In this document: piece by piece, positions 21,598-31,025 of the stretch
Numbering within the stretch: position 1 is the stretch's first letter
Layout of the letters: every line of letters starts with the position of its first letter
Virus record (IMG/VR): IMGVR_UViG_3300010160_000025
Location: 1 to 64,000 of that record
Length of the DNA: 64,000 nt
Strand: one strand, 5' to 3'
Source of the DNA: a virus
Translations under genes and position numbers: made by a program
Notes under the pieces: model-generated
Database searches by the model: none
The model's input: only the letters and a program-made list of their open reading frames with translations
Told to the model about the DNA's origin: nothing

Positions 21598-22323
21598 ATG
21601 TTTGATATTTTTTTTAAAAGAAAGAAAATAGTTATAGACTGCTTTACTACCAACATAAATGCTCATAAGCTATTTCCTATACAACGTGCCGCAAGATTTT
21701 ATCCAGAATGGTGGAAGCAATTACCAAAAAGTGAAATGATAGAAAATAATGTTGGTTTACTAGTTGAGCGGCCAACAATAAAATCGTGTAGCGGGATTAA
21801 TAACTTGTATCAAGAAGGATTTGTGATCCCTTTATGGAGCGATGTAGTTATACAAACACGTGGCTTGAACTATTTGTTTACATTTGCTGATGGTGTTAGT
21901 TCGTTACCTTATCACAATTTAGACCAGTTAGGTTCAGATTTTTACGGATTTCTAAATATCAAATTTGATTCTCCTTGGAGAATACAAGAAAAAACAGGTG
22001 TTAAGTTTATCTTTATACAGCCTAGTTGGAATAATCCGATAGATTTGTTTAACAGCCATGCACTTCCGGGAGTTGTTGAATTTAAACATCAGCACACTAG
22101 CAATATAAACATGCTGATGTCTCGCCAACAACGATATCAGTGGGATGCTGGAAGGCCGTTGGCCCATGTAATACCAATTACTGATCAAGATATAGAAGTC
22201 AAAACACATCTAGTCGGCGAAGTTGAAGCTAGAGCTATGCAAGTTTTTAACCAACGTTCTCCATTTTTTTCAGGTTCGTACAAAAAGACTAAACAAATTA
22301 ATAAAGGAGTATGTCCGTTTTGA
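21598..22323 (+). CDS. KCP/dUTPase-like-fold family protein
   Basis: PEWWKQLP, TIKSCSG..GFVIPLWSD, SPW, LPG, AGRPLAHVIP, C-terminal CPF. Confidence 0.55.
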   Translation: MFDIFFKRKKIVIDCFTTNINAHKLFPIQRAARFYPEWWKQLPKSEMIENNVGLLVERPTIKSCSGINNLYQEGFVIPLWSDVVIQTRGLNYLFTFADGVSSLPYHNLDQLGSDFYGFLNIKFDSPWRIQEKTGVKFIFIQPSWNNPIDLFNSHALPGVVEFKHQHTSNINMLMSRQQRYQWDAGRPLAHVIPITDQDIEVKTHLVGEVEARAMQVFNQRSPFFSGSYKKTKQINKGVCPF

Positions 22324-23807
22324 AAATATCTAGCATAGTAATAGTTGGTGGTGGAACTAGCGGATGGCTCACAGCCGCTTACTTGTCAAATGCCTGTCCG
22401 GAAGTCTCTATAACAGTAATTGACAAAGAGATAGGAACTCCCATTGGAGTTGGGGAAGCTACCTTATTAAATTTTAAACCATTCATGGAAGAATGTGGAT
22501 TTGAAGTTGATGATTGGTTTTCTAAAATAGATGCTGGTTATAAATCTGGGATTTTATTCACAAACTGGTGTAAATCAAATCACGAAATTTGGCACCCGTT
22601 TTATAAAGGAAATCGAACAGTATCGATTGGCAATACAAAAAACAAACCGGTATACATGCACGATGTATGGTCAAAAGCACAACATCTTGATTTTAAGAAA
22701 TACAGTTTAGGCTACTACGAAGCATCTATTGATCACAATGTTGTTGATTCGTCAAGTTTGCACAACTATGCTTTTCATGTTGACTGCGGCAAGTTGGTTA
22801 CATACATTCAAGAAAAAATAAAAGATAAAATTAATATTATTCGTTCAGACGTTGTCAATGTTGTAGTTAATGATAGCGGCGGGGTCAAGCATTTAGAACT
22901 AAAAAATGGCAGTACAATCACTACTGATTTGTTTGTTGACTGTACTGGGTTTAAAAATCTATTAAGAGCTCCTAAAAAACGAGTTGATTTGACGGATCGC
23001 TTATTTGTCAATACCGCAGTGGTATGCCAAGTTCCTTATAAAGATCGCCCTGAAGAATTTAAACCATATGCTGTTTGTGATGCAGTGGATCATGGATGGA
23101 TATGGAAGATAGGTGTTAGTAGTCGTATAGGTAGCGGGTTAGTGTTTAACCGTGATCTTACCAGTATCGATGAAGCCAAACAATGTTTTGCAGATTACTG
23201 GAAAGGCCGAGTAGATATAGATAAAATTCGAGTGATTGATTGGACTCCGTTCTATAATAAAGATCAGTGGGAAGATAATGTTGTCAGTATTGGACTAAGT
23301 GCTGGATTTATTGAGCCACTGGAAAGTACAGGAATAGGGTTAATCACTGCTGGTATCACACAATTAAACAATGTTGTTAGAGAACAATATTATGACCAAG
23401 ACAATGTTGATTTTTTTAATCTACAAATGAAATTATATTTTGAAGACTGTGTTGATTTTGTATCAGGACATTATGCTAACAACAACAGAACAAGTAAGTT
23501 TTGGAATTTTGTCAAAGATAAATTTGAGCCTTCTGAAAAAATGAAATATTTTATTGAACATCTTGCTGACCCCACTATCAATATACCCTACAATGGCAAG
23601 TTTAACTTGATATTTGCAGGGGTTAACTGGTCGCTGATGTTATTACAACTTGGTTATCCTGTTGCTCCAAGAGATATCGATATCACAGATGAGCAAGCTG
23701 AAGAACTATTGATCAAGAACTATTTAAAATATGAAAAACATAAACATGTATGGTCTCGACCACATAGTTTAGAAGTAGATAGATTATCAGAAATAAGTAA
23801 ATTATGA
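22311..23807 (+). CDS. Flavin-dependent halogenase 3
   Basis: GGGTSG, GVGEAT, DAGYKSGI, FVDCTGF, GWIWKIG, FIEPLESTGI. Confidence 0.88.
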   Translation: MSVLKISSIVIVGGGTSGWLTAAYLSNACPEVSITVIDKEIGTPIGVGEATLLNFKPFMEECGFEVDDWFSKIDAGYKSGILFTNWCKSNHEIWHPFYKGNRTVSIGNTKNKPVYMHDVWSKAQHLDFKKYSLGYYEASIDHNVVDSSSLHNYAFHVDCGKLVTYIQEKIKDKINIIRSDVVNVVVNDSGGVKHLELKNGSTITTDLFVDCTGFKNLLRAPKKRVDLTDRLFVNTAVVCQVPYKDRPEEFKPYAVCDAVDHGWIWKIGVSSRIGSGLVFNRDLTSIDEAKQCFADYWKGRVDIDKIRVIDWTPFYNKDQWEDNVVSIGLSAGFIEPLESTGIGLITAGITQLNNVVREQYYDQDNVDFFNLQMKLYFEDCVDFVSGHYANNNRTSKFWNFVKDKFEPSEKMKYFIEHLADPTINIPYNGKFNLIFAGVNWSLMLLQLGYPVAPRDIDITDEQAEELLIKNYLKYEKHKHVWSRPHSLEVDRLSEISKL

Positions 23808-24541
23808 AAATAGTCAAATGGTCGTTCAATACCAGTCACGAATGGGATGTTGACCACCCGGAGTGCATTAAACCATTAGTAGATGGAGATTATTATCCGT
23901 TCAAACATCTAACTAAAGAAGCCACTGCTGTTAGAAAAGGCGCAACATTTTTAAAATGTCCGGCGCATACTGATTTTTTAAAAAATACATTTATATTCTG
24001 TGCTCCGTTTGACATAACAATAGAGCTTGATATAAAAGATGAAGGTGCAAGTAGGATATTTTGTGAAAACATTACCCAAGAACAATTTGAAAAATTAATT
24101 GATATGCGATTTTTATACAATGTTGACCGAGGTATTAATCCTTATCCGATTGTGGGTATTGATTGGTTGACTACTTTTCAAACTGACGAGTCTATGCTGT
24201 TACAAGTTTTTCCAGCTTTCATGCATCGTAATGATTTTACCGAAAAAGCAACAGTAGTCCCGGGGGAGTACGATATTAGCAAATGGACTAGGCCCGTTGA
24301 ATGTGTTTTTGAAGTTCGATCAAATGTTGAAAAGATTGTTATTAAAAAAGGTGATGCTATTTCTTATTTTAAATTTCACAGTGATGAAATCGTTAAACTT
24401 GAAAATCAACCAACACCGTGGCCAGATATACATCAGTGTAATGAAATACGTAATCAAAATGTATTCCGTCCTTTGAAAGAAAGATATCAGGCATTGGTTG
24501 AAGACAATAAAAAAAGGTGTCCGTATGATAAGCAAGATTAA
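23804..24541 (+). CDS. KCP/dUTPase-like-fold family protein
   Basis: FLKCPA..NTF..CAPFD, VPGEYDISKWTRP, IKKGDAISY, C-terminal RCPY. Confidence 0.55.
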   Translation: MKIVKWSFNTSHEWDVDHPECIKPLVDGDYYPFKHLTKEATAVRKGATFLKCPAHTDFLKNTFIFCAPFDITIELDIKDEGASRIFCENITQEQFEKLIDMRFLYNVDRGINPYPIVGIDWLTTFQTDESMLLQVFPAFMHRNDFTEKATVVPGEYDISKWTRPVECVFEVRSNVEKIVIKKGDAISYFKFHSDEIVKLENQPTPWPDIHQCNEIRNQNVFRPLKERYQALVEDNKKRCPYDKQD

Positions 24542-26087
24542 TAATATTGTAGTTGTTGGTGGTGGTAGTGCCGGTTGGATAGTGGCTACTACTCTGATAT
24601 CTCAGTTGCCCAATACTAAAATTACAGTGATTGAAAGTCCAAACATACCAACTGTTGGGGTAGGGGAAAGCACTATCGGTGGCATACGTGCATGGCTAAG
24701 ATTAGTTGGAATAAAAGACAATGATTTTATGTCTGCTTGTGATGCCAGTTACAAGCTAGCCATCAAATTTAATAATTTTTACAAACAAGATTCAGGGGCT
24801 TGGTATTATCCGTTTGGCGCTCCCTATTTGAAAGATACTATGCACGGGAGAGATGACTGGTTTATTAAAAAAACGCTGTATCCTAACACCCCAACAGAAG
24901 ATTATGCAAACACGTATTATTCTCAAATGGCTCTAGTTAATTCTAATACAATTCTTACAAACAATTTAGATCTAGATGGTTTTGATTTTTATAATCATAC
25001 AGCATTTCATTTTGATGCGGCCAAATTGGGAATATGGTTACGTGATCAATATTGTAAACCAAAAGGTATTAATCATATCGCCGCTGAAGTTGTAGAAATA
25101 ACACAGGATGATTCTGGAATTAAAGAACTTATATTGAGTTCAGGTGAAACAGTAACAGCTGATCTGTTTGTGGACTGTACTGGATTTAAATCATTGCTAC
25201 TGGGAGATGCACTGCAAGTTCCATTCAAAAGTTATGAACACCTATTGCCTAACAATCGTGCATGGGCCACTAGAATTGAATATACTGATAAAGAAAAACA
25301 ATTGGACTCAGTTACAGACTGTACTGCGTTAGATAACGGCTGGGTTTGGAATATACCTCTATGGAGTAGGATTGGCACTGGCTACGTTTACAGTGATAAA
25401 TTTATTAGTCCAGAACAAGCCAAACTAGATTTTATTACACATTTGCAATCAAAAGGGTACGATACTAAACATTGCGAATTTAGAGATATTAATATACGTG
25501 TAGGCATGCATGAAAAATTATGGGTTAAAAATGTAGTGGCTCTAGGTCTCAGTGCGGCTTTTATTGAACCATTAGAAAGTACTGGATTACTTACTACGCA
25601 CGATTTTGCTAAAACTTTGTGTAATGTGTTATTACGTGGTAGTGTTAGCCAATGGGATCGAGACGAGTTTAATTTAAAATGTGAAGATGAGTTTAACTAC
25701 TGGGCACAATTTGTAAGTATGCATTATGCATTGAGTCATCGAGACGATAGTGAATACTGGAGAGCCATTAGTAGGAAATCATTTACAGACTTAACACCAT
25801 TTGTTAATAAAATGCAAACTCAAGGTTTGTATTTTCAAACTATGTATCAAAAAAACTTTGTAAAATTTTTCCAAGACGACAACGGTATTAATTGCTTGGC
25901 GGCAGGAATGAACTGGAATCCCAACGACTATGTAACATTACGCAGTATATTTGCTGTTGGTACAGATCTAAGAGAAGAGTTTGGTCTAATTATTATGCGA
26001 TTAACTGAAAGACAAACAAAATGGAAAGAGGCTGTAAAAACAGCCCCTAGTCTATATCAGTATCTTAAAGATAAGTTTTATAGTTAA
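24525..26087 (+). CDS. Flavin-dependent halogenase 4
   Basis: GGGSAG, GVGEST, CDASYKLAI, FVDCTGF, GWVWNIP, FIEPLESTGL; start ATG 24525 after AAGGTG. Confidence 0.92.
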   Translation: MISKINNIVVVGGGSAGWIVATTLISQLPNTKITVIESPNIPTVGVGESTIGGIRAWLRLVGIKDNDFMSACDASYKLAIKFNNFYKQDSGAWYYPFGAPYLKDTMHGRDDWFIKKTLYPNTPTEDYANTYYSQMALVNSNTILTNNLDLDGFDFYNHTAFHFDAAKLGIWLRDQYCKPKGINHIAAEVVEITQDDSGIKELILSSGETVTADLFVDCTGFKSLLLGDALQVPFKSYEHLLPNNRAWATRIEYTDKEKQLDSVTDCTALDNGWVWNIPLWSRIGTGYVYSDKFISPEQAKLDFITHLQSKGYDTKHCEFRDINIRVGMHEKLWVKNVVALGLSAAFIEPLESTGLLTTHDFAKTLCNVLLRGSVSQWDRDEFNLKCEDEFNYWAQFVSMHYALSHRDDSEYWRAISRKSFTDLTPFVNKMQTQGLYFQTMYQKNFVKFFQDDNGINCLAAGMNWNPNDYVTLRSIFAVGTDLREEFGLIIMRLTERQTKWKEAVKTAPSLYQYLKDKFYS

Positions 26088-27205
26088 TACTTGACAATAA
26101 CAACACCCGATCCACCGTCTGCACCATGTTGTCCGCCGCCACCGCCACCACCAGTATTAGCACCGCCAGTACCGCCTCGTGCTGTAGGTTGTCCGTTTTG
26201 ACCGGCATTAAACGACATACCGCCACCTACACCGTGTCTAGTTGGAGGAGCACCATATGGTCCAGCATGGTGACTCGATCCACCACCGCCACCACCAATG
26301 CCGCCATTATAGTGGCCAAACCCGTAGTGTGCGCCACCTGCGCCACCACCACCAAAATACATAACGCTGTTTAATATATCACTGGCAGCACCTGCACCAC
26401 CATTGTGGTCACAGCCGTTAAAACTGCTTCGACGATTAGTTCGTGTATCTGGAGCATCGGTGCCGCGGCCACCTGCACCACCACCGCCACCGCCCAGGTG
26501 AGCGTTGTCAGTTTCTTGATTGAAACGAACACCACTTCCGCCTGGAAATCCTTGACCCGCAGTACCAATACCCCCATAACTGCGAGTACGGTTATCAACG
26601 CCGTCACCAGTATTAGCGCCGCCGCCTCCTGTTGCACCAGAGCGACCCGGGGTATCAGTACGACCAATGGCACCCGGACTAGAATGACTCCAACTGCCAC
26701 CTCCACCGCCACCCAGTGCAGTTAATGATCCAAATACTGAGTTACCGCCATTTGGTCCTGCCACAGTAGGACTACGTCCGCCACCGCCGCCACCTACTGT
26801 GACAGGAACTCCGCTACCGTTTGTTACTGCATAGGATCGACTTTGAATGACTCCGCCACCGCCGCCACCACCGCACCAGTCATAGCCACTTGAGCCACCA
26901 CCACCGACTACTAGTACTTGCACATTTCCACTAAATGTTGGCGTAAATGTAGCAGTACCAACTGTGCTAAAAATATGTACAATACCGTTAGTCGTGTAAA
27001 ATATGCTGTCTCCGCCTGTGCCGATTAAGCCTGGTGAAAAGCCAGTTACTGGTCTCCATGCGGCACCGTCATAAAACTCTAAAGTATTAGATCCACTGGC
27101 TGTGCTGAATCGAATCTTTCCGGCAGCGCCTGCTGTACTTTGCGTTTGATTTGGCAAAGTCACTGCGGTAGTATTGTTAAACGTGGTATTTTGTAATATT
27201 GCCAT
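26084..27205 (-). CDS. Glycine-rich (polyglycine-II-type) adhesin-like virion protein 3
   Basis: VLVVGGGG, multiple G5-G7 runs, GQGFPGGSGVRFN, C-terminal GGSGVVIVKY. Confidence 0.7.
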   Translation of the reverse strand: MAILQNTTFNNTTAVTLPNQTQSTAGAAGKIRFSTASGSNTLEFYDGAAWRPVTGFSPGLIGTGGDSIFYTTNGIVHIFSTVGTATFTPTFSGNVQVLVVGGGGSSGYDWCGGGGGGGVIQSRSYAVTNGSGVPVTVGGGGGGRSPTVAGPNGGNSVFGSLTALGGGGGGSWSHSSPGAIGRTDTPGRSGATGGGGANTGDGVDNRTRSYGGIGTAGQGFPGGSGVRFNQETDNAHLGGGGGGAGGRGTDAPDTRTNRRSSFNGCDHNGGAGAASDILNSVMYFGGGGAGGAHYGFGHYNGGIGGGGGGSSHHAGPYGAPPTRHGVGGGMSFNAGQNGQPTARGGTGGANTGGGGGGGQHGADGGSGVVIVKY

Positions 27206-27218
27206 TTTTTATTCTCTA

Positions 27219-28367
27219 TTAGTATCTTACGATCACAATGCCTGCACCGCCGGCTGATCCATGGTTGCCATATTGGTACTGTGTTCCGCCGCCGCCGCCA
27301 CCTGTGTTGGCTCCACCATCACCTGCATTATTCTGTGCTGTACATGCGCCACCTGCATTTAGTGCCATGCCGCCACCTGGGCCATTAAAAAAGTTTGCGC
27401 CGGGCTGACGTGGGTTTCCGTGTTGTATACCAGCACCTCCACCTCCACCAATACCGCCTGCGGCTGCTGTAGTTCCGTTAGCTTGGTGAATAGCACCACC
27501 ACCACCGCCGCCCCAGTATAGGGTATAACCTAAAATATCACTGGCTGCTCCTGGTCCGCCATGTCCAAGACCGCCTTCGTGTGCATCGTCTGCGGCATTC
27601 ATGCCAGCTCCGCCAGCTCCGCCACCACCACCATTTGTGTGAGTATTATCGCCTTGGTTATTAAATCTCACACCACTTCCACCTGGGAAGCCTTGACCTT
27701 GAACGCCGAGGCCGCCAAAACATCGTTGACGGCTATCTGCAGGACCGTAACCGTATGGGTTTCCAGATCCATGGTCAGTAGTACATCCACCACCACCCGA
27801 ACCACCAGGTTGTCCTGCTTGACCGTCCCATGATCCGCCAGCTCCGCCACCATAACTAGTGATTGAACCAAATACTGAATTACTGCCAGTGTTTCCTCTA
27901 TTTGGAAAACTTGGACGAGGGGCTCCTGCTCCTACTGTAATAGGAATACCTGTGCCGCTTGATACTGAATATGCTCTGTTATAGATTACTCCACCACCAC
28001 CACCACCGCCACCAAGGTGAGATCCACCACTTCCGCCACCTGCGATTACTAACACTTCTACGGTGCCAGTGAATGCCGGTGTAAATGTAAAGTTACCCGT
28101 TGAGGTAAACATGTGTACTACGCCACTGGCTCTGTTGGCATTATTTGCAGTTGAATACATGATAGTATCACCGCCTGTGCCGATTGACCCTTTACTGATA
28201 CCAGTAACAGGTTTCCATCCAGTAGCATCATAAAATTCTAGTAAGTTACTTGCAGTATTAACACGAATCATGCCGGCTGTAGGCGAGCCCGGTCTATTAC
28301 CAGTAGTACTAATCGGTAATGTTACAGATCCAGTTTGATTAAAACTTGTTGTTTGTAGTTGTGCCAT
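27219..28367 (-). CDS. Glycine-rich adhesin-like virion protein 2
   Basis: Paralogue: RPGSPTAGMIRVNT N-module, GQGFPGGSGVRFN, GAASDIL, GGAGIVIVRY. Confidence 0.7.
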   Translation of the reverse strand: MAQLQTTSFNQTGSVTLPISTTGNRPGSPTAGMIRVNTASNLLEFYDATGWKPVTGISKGSIGTGGDTIMYSTANNANRASGVVHMFTSTGNFTFTPAFTGTVEVLVIAGGGSGGSHLGGGGGGGGVIYNRAYSVSSGTGIPITVGAGAPRPSFPNRGNTGSNSVFGSITSYGGGAGGSWDGQAGQPGGSGGGGCTTDHGSGNPYGYGPADSRQRCFGGLGVQGQGFPGGSGVRFNNQGDNTHTNGGGGGAGGAGMNAADDAHEGGLGHGGPGAASDILGYTLYWGGGGGGAIHQANGTTAAAGGIGGGGGAGIQHGNPRQPGANFFNGPGGGMALNAGGACTAQNNAGDGGANTGGGGGGTQYQYGNHGSAGGAGIVIVRY

Positions 28368-28380
28368 TTATTCTTCTCTG

Positions 28381-29466
28381 TTAGTATCTTACGACAACAA
28401 TGCCGGAACCGCCAACGTTTCCACCACCACCGCCACCACCGCCACCACCGCCTGTGTTGGTTCCACCTGCACCGCCGCCAGTGCCGTGTGAGCCGTTTTG
28501 TGTAGCATCACCGCCTCGATTTAGTGCTTGTCCACCACCAAATCCGCAAGCTCTTGGTAATGGAGTTCCAGGATAATAGTGGGTAGCTCCGCCACCACCA
28601 CCACCAATACCGCCTTCGTCACCACCGCCGTCACAAATATGTGCGCCTGATGCGCCGCCTCCGCCCCAGTACAATACTTCACCTAAAATATCACTGGCTG
28701 CTCCGGGGCCACCTTGACTACTCATTCTGCTGTTACAATCAGGGGCATCACATCCGGGGCCACCTGCTCCGCCGCCACCGCCGGCGTGGTGTGTATTTTC
28801 ACCGTCATCGTTGTAACGTACACCTGATCCGCCTGGAAATCCCTGTCCTTGAGTTCCTAATCCGCCTGAAACACGGAAACGACTGCCGTCTGCACTAGTA
28901 CATCCTGCTCCGCCACCTGATCCGCCATTTCCGCCTGGGTTAGTTTGGTCCCAATAGCCCGAGCCGCCGCCGCCATAACTGGTGATTGATCCAAATGTTG
29001 AGTTTCCGCCGGCAGCAACTGCGGCAGGTGTACCTTGGTTTGAATTTCCTGCTCCACCGCCACCTACACTGAGAGAAATTCCTACGCCTGCACTAACTGG
29101 GTAAGAGCGTTGGAATACCATTCCGCCACCGCCACCACCGCCGTTCCAACCACCACCACTGTTGCCTCCTCCGCCGATTACTAGTACCTGTACATATCCA
29201 GTGTGCGCTGGAGTAAATGTTGCAGAGCCCACAGCGGTAAATGTATGACAGATTCCGCCGTTGCGTAATTGAGTAGTGCCGCCGCTGCCGATAATACCGT
29301 TACTGTATCCAGTTACTGGTCGCCAGTTTGTACCGTCGTAATATTCCAATAACCCAAAATCAGTATTGTAACGCATCATTCCGGATGATGGACTTGCTGG
29401 TCGCTGTGCTGTTGAGCCTGACGGTAATGTTAAGTCGGTAAATGAGGATGCTTGTAGCTGTGCCAT
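28381..29466 (-). CDS. Glycine-rich adhesin-like virion protein 1
   Basis: Paralogue: LPSGSTAQRP..GMMRYNT, GQGFPGGSGVRYN, GAASDIL, GGSGIVVVRY. Confidence 0.7.
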   Translation of the reverse strand: MAQLQASSFTDLTLPSGSTAQRPASPSSGMMRYNTDFGLLEYYDGTNWRPVTGYSNGIIGSGGTTQLRNGGICHTFTAVGSATFTPAHTGYVQVLVIGGGGNSGGGWNGGGGGGGMVFQRSYPVSAGVGISLSVGGGGAGNSNQGTPAAVAAGGNSTFGSITSYGGGGSGYWDQTNPGGNGGSGGGAGCTSADGSRFRVSGGLGTQGQGFPGGSGVRYNDDGENTHHAGGGGGAGGPGCDAPDCNSRMSSQGGPGAASDILGEVLYWGGGGASGAHICDGGGDEGGIGGGGGGATHYYPGTPLPRACGFGGGQALNRGGDATQNGSHGTGGGAGGTNTGGGGGGGGGGGNVGGSGIVVVRY

Positions 29467-29468
29467 TT

Positions 29469-30623
29469 TTACTTATTACCTTTTGTTTTGTTCTTACCTT
29501 TTAGTTGATCAATTTCTGCTTGAAGTGTTTTAACACACTCGATTAGATAAGCACTAATCTTAGTATAGTGAATACCATAAGGTTTACCTTTTTCATCTAA
29601 TGCAACTAAATCTGGAGCGAACTTGTAAACTTCTTCAGCAATTAAACCTGCTTCGTGTTTTTTATTATCTTTACGATCATATGTAACACCGGTTAACTGT
29701 AGGATAGCATCTAATGCACCGTTGATTGGATTAATATTTTCTTTAAATGCAATACTAGAAGTTTCAACTAAACCAACTGTATATATTGTACCGCTGACAC
29801 CTAAACCGCCTGTAACGTTTACTGAGTTAGTGGCATCAGTAGCAGTTGTACCTTGTCCGCCTTGCGTAAATGTTGTTAAACCGTTGGCGGCCAGTGTAGT
29901 AAATGCGCCGGAACGTCTAGTTGATCCGCCGATGGCCATGTTGTCAATAGATCCAACAGTTCCAGGGCTAATAGTAACTGAACCAGTGCCAGAGGGACTT
30001 AGTGTCACGTTGGCATTTGCAGGGCTAAATGTCACTGTGTTGTTAGCGCCTAGGGTTGTAAACAATCCAGATCCGCGTGTAGTAGCACCAATAGTGCTAA
30101 AGTTACCAGCGGCTGCGGTAGTAACGCCAATAGCGGTGTTATCAATACTACTAGCTGTTGTAGGGTTAATAGTTAACGCACCTGCTGGGTTAATAGTTAC
30201 TGTGCCAGTTCCTGTTGGACTGATAGTCACGTTGGCATTTGCAGGATTTAATGATACTGTAGACGTTGCTGTTAGTGTTGTTCCGCTTAATGGGCCACCA
30301 ACGTTAACTACTGCTACCCAGTTGGTCCCGTCGCTGTATACTACCATTGAAGTATTAGCGGCCATAGCTTGCGTAGTAGCGTTGCCAGCAGTTCCGTATC
30401 CAATAAATTTGCCAAGACCGACAGTACTAAATGACAAAGTAACTACGCCACTTGTAGCATTGTAAAATGTCTGGCTGCTTCCGTTGAATAATACTGGATC
30501 ACCGATCGTTACAGTATAAGGAGCAGTGCCAGTAAATTTAGTAAAAATACCTTGTGTAGGTGAATCAACTGACGCTGTTGTTGTAGTTGTAGTTGATGGT
30601 AATACCGTATTATAACGTGCCAT
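29469..30623 (-). CDS. Tail fibre protein with C-terminal intramolecular chaperone (peptidase S74) domain
   Basis: TSSIAFKENI..ALDAILQL.GVTY..GLIAEEV..PDLV..Y.KI.AYLIE.VK.LQ coiled coil; Thr/Gly-rich shaft. Confidence 0.85.
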   Translation of the reverse strand: MARYNTVLPSTTTTTTASVDSPTQGIFTKFTGTAPYTVTIGDPVLFNGSSQTFYNATSGVVTLSFSTVGLGKFIGYGTAGNATTQAMAANTSMVVYSDGTNWVAVVNVGGPLSGTTLTATSTVSLNPANANVTISPTGTGTVTINPAGALTINPTTASSIDNTAIGVTTAAAGNFSTIGATTRGSGLFTTLGANNTVTFSPANANVTLSPSGTGSVTISPGTVGSIDNMAIGGSTRRSGAFTTLAANGLTTFTQGGQGTTATDATNSVNVTGGLGVSGTIYTVGLVETSSIAFKENINPINGALDAILQLTGVTYDRKDNKKHEAGLIAEEVYKFAPDLVALDEKGKPYGIHYTKISAYLIECVKTLQAEIDQLKGKNKTKGNK

Positions 30624-30647
30624 GTTTTATCTCTCTTATAGTTCTAA

Positions 30648-31001
30648 TTATGATGTTGCAGTTTCAATGCCGTAAATGTTAACATTCACTGCGGCAGTTG
30701 AAGCATATGCAACAATATATTTTGCACCGGTTGCCGCAGCCATTACTAATCCAGTACGTTCAAATACCCCTTTTGGTGGAACTACAGTATCGTATTCAAT
30801 AGCTTCGCTAGTAACCAATGTTCCTGTAGGTGAACCTGCGGTTCCTAAACTAGTACCAATATACAAACGAATAGTTGCCGCTACAGTACCTGTATTGGTA
30901 AAGCTAACGTTAACTACGCTGTATGTGTTGTTAGGTACTGTGTACGTAGTAGTAGCAGTTGTTGCTCCTAATGTACCTGTGTATAAAATTCCTGTTGCCA
31001 T
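30648..31001 (-). CDS. Small beta-rich virion protein (paralogue of 51200 and 58203)
   Basis: YTVP..VNVSFTN..IEYD.VVPP..ERTGLVM..YGIE pattern. Confidence 0.6.
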   Translation of the reverse strand: MATGILYTGTLGATTATTTYTVPNNTYSVVNVSFTNTGTVAATIRLYIGTSLGTAGSPTGTLVTSEAIEYDTVVPPKGVFERTGLVMAAATGAKYIVAYASTAAVNVNIYGIETATS

Positions 31002-31025
31002 GTTATTTTCTCCAAATTTTTATGT

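Noticed and set aside
26084-29466. Diversity-generating retroelement or invertible shufflon acting on the adhesins
   Set aside because: No reverse transcriptase, invertase, adenine-specific TR/VR pair or inverted crossover sites seen in the window
26084-29466. Collagen-like proteins as prolyl-hydroxylase substrates
   Set aside because: Glycines occur as runs (GGGGG), not sustained Gly-X-Y triplets
30004-30245. 20-nt direct repeat GTCACGTTGGCATTTGCAGG (30004 and 30226) as att site or CRISPR repeat
   Set aside because: Two copies only, in frame, encoding the internal PANANVT shaft repeat of the fibre
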